Translations under genes and position numbers: made by a program
Shown: in pieces, positions 24,045 to 34,064 of the stretch
How positions within the stretch are numbered: the first letter of the stretch is position 1
How the letters are laid out: every line of letters begins with the position of its first letter
The notes under the pieces: generated by a model
The model's database searches: none
What the model was told of the DNA's origin: nothing
The model's input: only the letters and a program-made list of their open reading frames with translations
Source of the DNA: Somniosus microcephalus
Taxonomy: Eukaryota
DNA length: 64,000 nt
Reading direction: 5' to 3'
Assembly (NCBI GenBank): GCA_052327205.1
Contig: CM126216.1
Coordinates: 73,470,001 to 73,534,000, forward strand

Positions 24045-27000
24045 TGTAGGAACGGAGGTTCCTAGCGAAAAGACTGAGTTCGACTCAGGCAATTAAAACA
24101 AAGAATTTTAATGAAACAAAACTGGTTTAAACTGGAAACTGCTGGAACACGTTCTTCCCGCCATTGTGAGGTCACATGACTAACGGCATGATGTCATCAC
24201 GTTAAAACCACGCTGTAAAGGTAACTAGACATAGTACAGTTAAACAGAGTAATTAAAGGTACAGACACAGGTTATAACTACAATGCTGTTAAAGGAATTA
24301 TGTACAACTGCTCTGAGTCCTTTGGTGGCTCCGCCACATGCGCCCCCCCAGAATTGTCTTTAACAGAAAACGTGAGACGAGGAGGCGGTCTGACCAGTCT
24401 GTCCGATCGACTTCCATAGCCAGGCAGAGGAAGTTGATGACCGGTGGTCGAGCTAGCTGGCGACTGTGGCTGAACTGGTGCGGCGGGTGAAGTTGAACTG
24501 GCGGGCGGAAGCAGTCGGAGCGGCACTGCGGTTGCGGGCGGGTGGCCACGCTTTGGTGGCTGAGCGATGACAACTGGGCTGTCTAAGTCCAAATGAGCCG
24601 GCTTCAGACGGTCCACCGAAATGTGATCTGGTTTACCGCCGACGTCGACAGCAAAAGACTTGTCTCCTGGTTTGATGACTCGGAAGGGACCAGTGTAAGG
24701 AGGCTTGAGCGGGTCCTGGTAGCATCATGGCGGATGAAGACGTATTCGGCGCTCTTCAGCTCCACCGGTACGTGGGAATTCTGCAGGCCGTGGTTGGAAG
24801 TAGGCACCGGGACGAAACACTGGGCTGCTTCCTGGTGGCAGATGAGCTGCTGAGAGGCGGACCATGGCTCCGTGGAAGAAGGAAGAAAATCACCAGGAAC
24901 TCGGAGTGGCTGGCCGTAAACTAACTCCGCTGAAGAAGATTGGAGATCGTCCTTGGGCGCCGTACGAAGACCTAACAAGACCCAAGGAAGCCTGTCCACC
25001 CATCCTGCACCTTGAAGACTGCCCCGTAAGGCGGCTTTGAGCGACCTGTGGAATCGCTCGCACAGGCCGTTAGCCTGTGGATGATAGGCGGTGGTGCGAT
25101 GAAGTTTGGCGCCGAGCCCCTGAGCTACAGCGTTCCAAAGCTCCGAGGTAAACTGTGGCCCGCGATCGGAGGAGATGTCTGCCGGTACGCCGAACCGAGC
25201 GACGCAGCAGGAGATGAAGGCTCTAGCGACGTCCGCCAAGGTGGTGGAAACCAAAGGAATTGCCTCTGGCCACCTGGTGGTGCAGTCCACCACGGTGAGG
25301 AGATGAGTAAAACCACGGGAAGGTGGCAGCGGCCCAACAAGGTCCACGTGCACGTGGTCAAAACGACGCTCCGGAACAACAAACGGAGCTAGTGGTGCCT
25401 TGACATGTCGCTGGACTTTGGCCTTCTGGCAGACCACGCAGGTGTTGGCCCAGTCCCGGACGTCCAGGTGCATACCTTTCCAGATGAACTTTGTTGACAT
25501 AAGACGCTGTGAAGTCCGCATACCCGGGTGCGACAGCCCGTGTATCGCGTCGAAAACCGTCCGGCGCCACGCGGCTGGTACGATGGGTCGAGGAACGCCC
25601 ATGGAGACATCGCAAAGGAGCTTTGTGCCCGCGGCCTGAAAGCTGATGTCGGCCAGTTGAAAACTCGACGGGACGGATCTGTACGCTTGAACCTCTTGGT
25701 CCGATATCTGATCCTCAGCCATGCAAGCGTAATCAATACCGAGATGAACTGCCTGGACCGTCGCGCGGGAGAGACAATCCGCCACAAGGTTGTCCTTACC
25801 AGACACATGTTGAATGTCCGTCGTGAACTCTGAAATGTACGTCAGGTGACGTTGCTGACGAGCCGACCACGGAGCTGTGGTCTTCGACATTGTGAAGGTA
25901 AGCGGCTTGTGGTCGACAAAAGCCGTGAAGGGACGTCCCTCTAACAAAAACCTGAAATGGCGGATGGCCAGGAAAAGTGCCAGTAGCTCCCGGTCAAATG
26001 TGCTGTATTTTCTTTCGTTTTTTCTCAGCTGACGGCTGAAAAACGCCAGTGGTTGCCACATGCCACTGACCCATTGCTCTTGCACTGCCCCGATGGTGTA
26101 GTCGGACGCGTCCGTAGTAAGGGCAATGGTGGCGCCTGGAAGAGGGTGCGCCAACATGATTGCATCAGCCAAGGCCCTCTTGGTGTTCCCGAAAGCCTGG
26201 TCCATTTCGATTGTCCAGCCGACTGTGTCTTTGCCAGATTTGCCCTTGAGGGCCTCGTACAAAGGTTGCATAAGTAGAGCCGCCTTGGGGACGAAACAGT
26301 GGTAGAAATTTACCATTCCCAGGAACTCCTGGAGAGCCCTGACGGTCTGCGGGCGCGGAAAAGACGTGACGGCTTCCACCTTCGTTGCTAGGGGGATGGC
26401 GCCATCCGAGGTGATACGGTGTCCCAGAAAGTCGATGTTTTGCAGGCCAAACTGGCACTTGGCCGGGTTGATGATTAAGCCATGCTGGCTAAGGCGTGTG
26501 AAGAGAGTACGAAGATGCCCGATGTGCTCTTCATCGCTAGCACTGGCAATGAGGATGTCGTCAAGATAGACGAAAATGAACGGGAGATCACGGAGCACAG
26601 AGTCCATAAGCCGCTGGAAAGCCTATGCTGCGTTCTTTAAACCGAACGGCATTCTCAGGAACTCGAAAAGCCCAAACGGTGTGATAACAGCGGTTTTTGG
26701 AACGTCCTGCGGATGAACGGGGACCTGGTGATACCCGCGGACGAGGTCGACCTTAGAAAAAATTGACTTTCCCGCCAAATGGGCCGAGAAATCTTGTATA
26801 TGTGGGATCGGGTACCGATCGGGGGTAGTAACGTCGTTCAGACGTCGGTAGTCACCGCAGGAGCGCCAACCACCACCGGACTTCGGCACGATGTGGAGCG
26901 GCGAAGACCAGGGACTATTCGATCGTCGAATAATTCCCAGCCGCTCCATTGTGTCACACTCTGCCTTTGCCGCCGCGAGCTTGCTGGGTTCCAGCCTTCG

Positions 27001-28656
27001 GGCCCGTGCGTAAACCGGGGAGCCCGTCGCGGTGATATGGTGCTCCACACCATGCTTAGTGACCGAGGAAGAGAATGTTGGTCTGGTGAGCTCCGGGAAC
27101 TCCCCGAGGAGATGAGTGAATTTATCTGACGATGGGTACGCACAGGCGACGGACCACGACACAGCGGTGCTGCGGTGGCAGGGGATCGAATTGAATGTGG
27201 CCGCATTGATGAGACGGCAGTGCCGGACGTTGACGAGGAACCCGTTCGCACAAAGGAAATCTGCCCCCAGGATGGCCTGCGAGACTTTGGCCGTGACGAA
27301 TTCCCAAAAGAAGCGCTGACTGCCAAAGCTCAGTTGGACCCGCCGCTTTCCGAAGGTACGAATGGCCGCACCATTAGCTGCCTCGAGGGGAAGGCCGTGG
27401 GCCCCGGTTTGGAGGTCCAGCCTCGACACGGGGAGGATACTGCATTGCGAGCCGGTGTCACAGAGAAAACGATGACCTGATAGGGAGTCTGTGATGTAAA
27501 GGAGCTTCCCTGACGATCCAACGGACATCGCGGCCGCGGTGTGCCCTTTAGACCCGGTCCTCCTTCGCGAAAAACGCCGCAGGAGATTTGTTGTTGTTTT
27601 ATTTTTGGGTGAAAAACTGCAGGGAGGACGGCAGCGTCTGGCTTTCGCGCCAAAACGTGCGTGGTAGCAGCACCAGCCCACCGCCTGAGGAGCTGGAGTC
27701 GCGTCTGTGGGGGTTGGGTGCCTCGTGGCTGCGCAGCATTGTTGGGTTACTGTGAATATTTTGTCAGCTTCTGCCGCGAGTTCAGCGCAGTCTGTGATCG
27801 CAGAGCTGGCTAAGGCCGTTTGTACCGGTTCCGGAAGCTGACAGAGGAACAATACTCTAAAGAGAAAACATTGCGGTTCGGCACCCAAAAGCGTGAGCAT
27901 CTGGCTCATGAGCTCAGACGGTTTGGAGTCCCTGAGGCCGGGCATAGCGAGAAGTCTGCGAGTGTGCTCCGACTTCGAGAGGCCAAAGACCTGGAGCAAC
28001 TGCGCCTTTAGAGTATCGTACTTGCCGTCATCCGGTGGGCTACCGAGGAGACTGACGATCCGCGAGGCTGTGGCGCTGTCGAGGGCGGAGACCACGTAGT
28101 AATACCGGGTCGAATCCGCGACGATGTTCCGAATTGCAAATTGAGCTTCGGCCTGAATAAACCAGGCGGCTGGCTGCTGCTTCCAGAATTGTGGCAGTTT
28201 CAGGGTCACGGCGTTCGTATCCATGACGAAATCTTCCACGAAAAAACATTCGTAGAATTCGGGGTCACCAATGTAGGAACGGAGGTTGCTAGCGAAAAGA
28301 CTGAGTTCGATTCAGGCAATTAAAACAAAGAATTTTAATGAAACAAAACTGGTTTAAACTGGTTTAGACTGGAAACTGCTGGAACACGTTGATAGTAGGT
28401 CTGTTCTCTCTGGAGACTCCACGAGGACATTTGGGCTGGTCCGTTGGATGACGTCATGACGTCATCACGTTCTTCCTGCCATTGTGAGGTCACGTGACTA
28501 ACGGCATGACGTCATCACGTTAAAACCGCGCTGTAAAGGTAACTAGACATAGTACAGTTAAACAGAGTAATTAGAGGTACAGACACAGGTTATAACTACA
28601 ATGCTGTTAAAGGAATTATGTACAACTGCTCTGAGTCCTTTGGTGGCTCCGCCACA
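24045..28656 (-). mobile_element. Gypsy LTR retrotransposon, CsRn1-like clade, full length
   Basis: LTRs 28272-28656 (5') and 24045-24338 (3'), TG..CA ends; 4-bp TSD ACAT; PBS TGGTGACCCCGA (tRNA-Trp); G-rich PPT beside the 3' LTR. Confidence 0.96.
24278..28239 (-). pseudogene. Single gag-pol ORF with one nonsense codon (26623-26625) and one frameshift (about 24700)
   Basis: LKLPQFW..AWF gag, Cx2Hx9Cx3C motif ([18 protein letters not shown]), protease CDTGS, RT YLDD, RNase H TDAS, integrase HVDLVGP/SDRGPQF. Confidence 0.94.
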
Positions 28657-29742
28657 ACATAATGAAACTGCATTGTTGAAGTATGCAGTACTCATCTCAA
28701 AGATGCAGCTGTCCTCTGAACACTTGGTCTTACTCATTATTTGCATGGTAACATCTTGTCACTTGTTCTCTTTTCCCCCCTTGGCCCATCCCACAATAAA
28801 AAGGGTTTAACATTTTTGATAACCTGATCAGTCCAGCTTTGCTTCTGAATTAAAATATTGGAGTAGATTTTATGATTGTTTATGGCAGTACATTTAAAGA
28901 GCCCTATTGTAGGATTAGCAGCAGCATTTTGAGGCTATCTCTCTATATCTGCACTCTGCCTTCATTTGTTAATTCCCTGTTTCCACTTAGTTGGCTTTTT
29001 TCCTCTGGTGACCTCTCAATCTGAACCCTAATATGGGCTGAGAGCTCGTCCATACTATGTAAATGAAGCTGGCCTCTCAAAATTAGGCAAGATCAGCATG
29101 TACTATTAGCACCTGTTTGGAGGCTTGATTGGAAAATCAACCCTATTAAGTATCACCTTGGTTGGGTAGGTAGCACTCTCACCTCAAAGTTGTTGGGTCA
29201 AATTCCATTACCAGCTTGACCACATAATCTAGGCTAATACTTCAGTGCATGTCTGAGGGAGTGCTGTATTATCAGAGGTGCCATTTTTTGACGAGATATT
29301 AAAGTGAGGTTCATATGCTGCTCAGGTGGATGTAAACATAAGAACATAAGAAATAAAAGATCACAGCTGTCCTTTTAACCTTACCCGCCTGGTAGAAATT
29401 GGGCAGCTGGCCGTTACAATGACCTTGGTCACTTACCCACCCTGGAGCTGCCGGGAGTTGACCTGCCACTTTTTAACCTGTTCCACTGAGCAGGCGGCAA
29501 GGACATTTGTCCTGATGACGTAATCGGGACCTCACTGCAATTTGTACTAGGCTGGAGCAGGAAGCAGCAGTGAGCTTCCAACTAGGCCAGCCCACTGCAC
29601 AAGTGGATCGAAGCTAGATGAGGCCTAAAAAGATAAGCTTCCTTGGTGGGGCCAGGAGGAGCAGGAGTTTTAGGCGGTGGTGCTTGAGGGAGGAATATTG
29701 GTTGGGACACTGGGAGAGCTCTCTGCTCTTCACCAAAGTCAC

Positions 29743-30057
29743 GGCCCCAGTTTTAACTGGGTGCCAGTTTTCAGTGGGTGAGTTTTGGTGTTAGGAAATC
29801 TTAGGCCTCTCCTGCCTCGCGGGACTACCCGGTGGCCGATCATGCCACTTACCTGCTTGAAGGCTGGCCTCACAGCTGCGTGAATTTCTGCTGCTTTCTG
29901 CTAAATTCCTGCCCAGAACTGGTGGGAAATGGGCTAGTGTGCTTTAAATGAGACCTGGAATAATCATACCCAGGCCTCTTTCTACCTGCAGCAGGTGAGT
30001 TTTGAGCTAACACCAAAACTCACCCATTGAAAACTGGCCCTAGTTAAAATTGGGGCC
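29743..30057. mobile_element. MITE with about 50-bp TIRs (Harbinger-type)
   Basis: GGCCCCAGTTTTAACTGGGTGCCAGTTTTCAGTGGGTGAGTTTTGGTGTTAG versus its imperfect reverse complement at 30007-30057; TSD CAC. Confidence 0.85.
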
Positions 30058-30470
30058 CACAAGACTTTGATGAAAGGCAGAGGGCTCTCCTAGTGTCCCA
30101 TCCTCTCTCTCAAACAAGACCACCCAAAACACATTACAGGAAACTTTGTGATATCCGGCACCGGCGTGTTGCCGATCTATCAAAAGTTCTGGAGTAGTGA
30201 GCGGGTTATCTACCCAGGCTGTTTTTAACGAAGAAAAATGTAAAAATCAAGAAATGTGCAATATACAGTAATTGGGTACTCACCTACAGAATGTTGTGTT
30301 AAATGGATGGTGAAAGATGCTTGATTAAGTACAGTACTGCCAGTTGATGGTAATCCATAACTCTTTAATTACTTAACAGTAAAACAAAACTTATAAATGA
30401 CTGTAGTGCACCAAAACTTAAACGACTGTACAGTACAGTATAAAGTACTGTACGGTGGTTGACTGTACGC

Positions 30471-32233
30471 TTATACCAAGCCAACTGGTTCATCAGGAAT
30501 ATCCATGCCAGCTGGGTCATCAGGATCATGCACTTCAACAGATTCTTCAGGCACTTCCACTGCTCCAACTCTTTTGGAAGCTTTCTTAAACATGTCCCGG
30601 ATGTCTGCTTGCTTAGTGGACTCTTGCCTTCTTTGTAGAAAGGTGGAATGCAGAATATGGAGCTGCAGAACTTCTTGGGCAGAATAGCAAGAATGGCTTT
30701 CAGCAAATTTGAGGAATGAAGCTAAGTCTCCTGCAGCTTTAGCCCAAGAAATCATCATCTCTTCAGAAATCTCATCGTCGTCAGTTTCCATCACACTTTC
30801 CTTTTCTTTCCTTTGATTCAAAACAGTCTCCATTATTTCATCATCACTTAGCAAATGCACAACAGCAACTTCTCTATCTGCATCAACCCACTGCTCAATA
30901 TCACGTTCACGGAGGTGACGTAGAGGGTTTGCTGGGCCTACATCTTTCACCATGCCAGCCATTTCCATTACTGCAGTCTTCTGTGGACGAAGATTGAACC
31001 CATGAAATTCCTCCTCTGAAGAAGAACCTTCAGCAAACATTACAGAAGGCCACAATTTGCACCAGGCTTGTCTCAAAGTGTGACCTTTCACCAATTTCCA
31101 GGAACATGCAACATTAAAGATGGCATCTTTAAGATTGTATTCCTTCTGAAATGCCTGAATACCTGTATTGTCATCTTGGCTTATCAGTCTACGTAGGAAG
31201 TCTTTCTTGTTATGACACTTGAGATTTTGGATAACGCCCTGGTCCATGGGTTGTATGAGAGAAGTTACATTTGGTGGCAAATAAATGGTGAAAATATTTC
31301 CAGAAACCAACTCGGATTCATGCGGATGGGCTCTACAATTATCAAGCAATAAAATGCATTTGCTATCTTCAGGTTTCCCTATTCTACGAAAATGTCCCCT
31401 CACAGATGGAGCAACAGTATGATGGAACCAATTTGAAAAGACTTCCTTATCCATCAAGCATTTGCTTGAGCTTTGTACTCAACAGGTAAGTGCCTCACAT
31501 TTTTAAATGCACGGGGATTTTTATACTTCCCAATGACGAGAAGTTTAACCCGGTGTGATCCAGCAGCGTTTGCACATGTTAGCACGGTTACACGATCTTT
31601 ATTTTTCTTGTAACCTGAAGCATTAGCCTCACTAACCCCAGCAAGTGTTGATTCTGGCAAAAACCTCCAAAATAAGCCAGTTTCATCGGCATTGTATAGC
31701 TGTGCTGGCGACAAATCATGTTGCTGCACAATCCGATTGAAATAATCGCAGTATTCTTCTGCGGCGCGTGATCAGCTGATTTTTTCTCCCCGCAAACATC
31801 GAGTCATCGTATCCCATGCCGTGCCTTGAAGCACGATAGCCATCCATCAGAGAAAGCACACTTGTCAGTGAGCTCCATCTTTGCATAAAAATCCTTCGCT
31901 TTTTTGATTAGCATGGGTCTGGAAATCGGAACACCCTCCTGAACGCTTCAGAGCAAACCACTCATAAAGCACGGTATCCAGCTCTTCAAGCTTAGGCTTA
32001 CGAAGCGTGCGCCGTTTCTCTACACTCTTAGATGTCTGCGAGCTTGCATAAAACTTGAGCAGCTTATCCTTCTGTGCTTTGATGTCGTACATTGTTGACG
32101 AACCGATTTTGAATTCATTCATAATGTGCATACGCTTCGCTCCCATTTCTAGTCGTTTGCATATATCGATTTTCTGTTTTAAAGTTAACACCACTCTCTT
32201 CCTTTTGGTTGGATCAACTTTTGGGATTTCCAT
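30471..32233 (-). pseudogene. Tigger/CENP-B/Jerky-like transposase, disrupted
   Basis: [15 protein letters not shown] (HTH), [37 protein letters not shown]; frameshifts at about 31750-31930 and a stop at 31454. Confidence 0.92.
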
Positions 32234-32262
32234 AATGCAGTCCAATGAGTTGCAGCAGCGTT

Positions 32263-32464
32263 GGAGACACACAGTACTGTACTGGAACCCCAAAAAATGG
32301 CGGATCAGAAGAGGCTCCCGGCAGTGTGGGAGACACACAGTACTGGACTGGAACCCCGAAACATGGCGGATCAAAAGAGGCGACCGGCAGCGTGGGAGAC
32401 ACACAGTACTGGACTGGAACCCCAAAAACTGGCGGATCAGAAGAGGCTACCGGCAGCGTGGGAG
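32263..32464. repeat. 66-bp tandem repeat, about 3 copies, in the Tigger 5' region
   Basis: GGAGACACACAGTACT recurs at 32263, 32329 and 32395. Confidence 0.9.
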
Positions 32465-32707
32465 GGCGAGACTCCTGATGCAGAGTTTCTGAGGTGTTCC
32501 GAGTTCCGCTGGCGCCAAGAAGCCGAGTAGCGGCAGTTTGTAGAACTACCCCCACTGACGAACTCGGCAACCGTTGGAGACTCGGACTCGGAACCGGCAA
32601 CATTGCCGGTTAATGAGGCGCTGTTTTCGGAGCGTGAATTCTGCCGGTGGATCGAGGTTTCCGGACATATAACCTCCGGTTAAACCAAAGTTTCCTGTAC
32701 TTGATGT

Positions 32708-32853
32708 AAAAACAGAAAATGCTGGGCGAAGGGTCGTCGACCTGAAACGTTAACTCTGTGTCTCTCTCCACACATGCTGCCTGACCTGCTGAGTACTTCC
32801 TGCATTTTCTGTTTTTATTTCAGATTCCCAGCATCCGCAGTATTTTGCCTTTA
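32708..32853 (+). mobile_element. Short Penelope-terminus-derived element with inverted 5' piece
   Basis: AAAAACAGAAAATGCTGG inverted against GCATTTTCTGTTTTT; body matches the Penelope end at 48663-48780. Confidence 0.75.
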
Positions 32854-33155
32854 CATTACTTGATGTATTCATCTCATTTACTGTTTGTGGGACCTTGTTG
32901 CGTGCAGACTGCCTGCCGCATTTGGCAACAAAATAGCAGTGACTGCACTTCAAAAGTAATCCAATTTTTGTAAAGTGCTTTGGACATCCCAAGGATGTCA
33001 TAAAGTGTGATTTCAAAATTAATGAATGGAAGCATTTAAAAAAAAAACAAGTTCTGATGTCGGGCCTACAATTCCTTGCCGCCTGGAACTCGCTGAGTTG
33101 CTCATAGTATAAAAAGCAAATTATTATTTAAATGGAGTGAGACTACGGTGGCGAA

Positions 33156-33500
33156 GCACGGTGGCACAGTGGTTAGCACTGTTGCCTCACAGCGCCAGGG
33201 ACCCGGGTTCGAATCCGGCCTCGGGTGACTGTGTGGAGTTTGCACATTCTCCCCGTGTTTGCGTGGGTTTTCTCCGGGTGCTCCGGTTTCCTCCCACAGT
33301 CCAAAGATGTGCGGGTTAGGTTGATTGGCTATGATAAATTGACCCTTAGTGTTAGGGGGATTAAATACGTGGGGTTACGGGGATAGGGTGGGATATGTGT
33401 TGGTGTAGGGGTTACGGGGATCGGGTGGGATATGTGTCGGTGCAGGCTCGATGGGCCGAAATGGCCTCTATCTGCACTGTGGGGTTTCTGTGATTCTGTG
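33156..33500 (+). mobile_element. HE1-like V-SINE, full length
   Basis: A box TGGCACAGTGG, B box GGTTCGAATCC, V-domain GTGTGGAGTTTGCACATTCTCCCCGTG...CCGGTTTCCTCCCACAGTCCAAAGA, CR1-type tail. Confidence 0.92.
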
Positions 33501-34064
33501 AAAATGCTGTGGTACAAAAGGGATCTGGGGGTCCGAGTACATGAAACACACAAAGTTAGCATGCAGGTACAGCAGGTAATTAGGAAGGCTAATGGAACGT
33601 TGGCCTTTATTGCAAGGGGTTTGGAGTACAAAAGTAGGAAAGTTTTGATGCAACTTTACAGGGCGCTGGTGAGACTGCACCTGGAGTACTGCGTACAGTT
33701 GTGGTCTCCATATTTAAGGAAGGATATACTTGCATTGGAGGCTGTACAGAGAAGGTTCACTAGGTTGATTCCTGGGATGAAGGGCTTGACGTATGACGAA
33801 AGGTTGAGCAGGTTGGACCTATACTCATTGGAGTTTAGAAGAATGAGAGGTGATCTTATTGAAACATATAAGATTCTGAGGGAGATTGACAGGGTGGATG
33901 CTGAGAGGATGTTTCCCCTAGTGGGGATATCTAGAACTAGGGGGCATAGTTTCAGGATAAGGGGTCGCCCATTTAAGACGGAGATGAGAAGGAATTTCTT
34001 CTCTCAGAAGGTCGTGAATCTTTGGAATTTTCTACCCCAGAGAGCTGTGGAGGCGGAGTCACTA

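Larger units (their letters stand above)
30137..32697 (-). mobile_element. Tigger/pogo (Tc1-mariner superfamily) DNA transposon
   Basis: TIR CAGGAAACTTTG at both ends, TA TSD (30135-30136, 32698-32699), internal transposase. Confidence 0.95.
29150..33015 (+). mobile_element. SacSINE1/Deu-domain SINE fragmented by later insertions (pieces about 29150-29337, 30063-30136, 32860-33015)
   Basis: Deu-domain ATCTAGGCT...CAGTGCA...GAGGGAGTGCTG...GAGGTGCC...CTCAGGTGGATGTAAA; later CTGTTTGTGGGA...CACTTCAAAAGTA...GCTTTGGACATCC. Confidence 0.72.

Noticed and set aside
24593-28323. Many antisense and alternate-frame ORFs over the CsRn1-like element
   Set aside because: Expected shadow ORFs of GC-rich coding sequence; no recognisable domains.
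30471-32425. Domesticated host gene (JRK/JRKL/TIGD)
   Set aside because: Intact TIRs and TA TSD plus frameshifts and a stop indicate a decaying transposon copy.
33156-33225. tRNA gene
   Set aside because: A and B boxes continue into a V-domain and LINE tail, so this is a SINE head.
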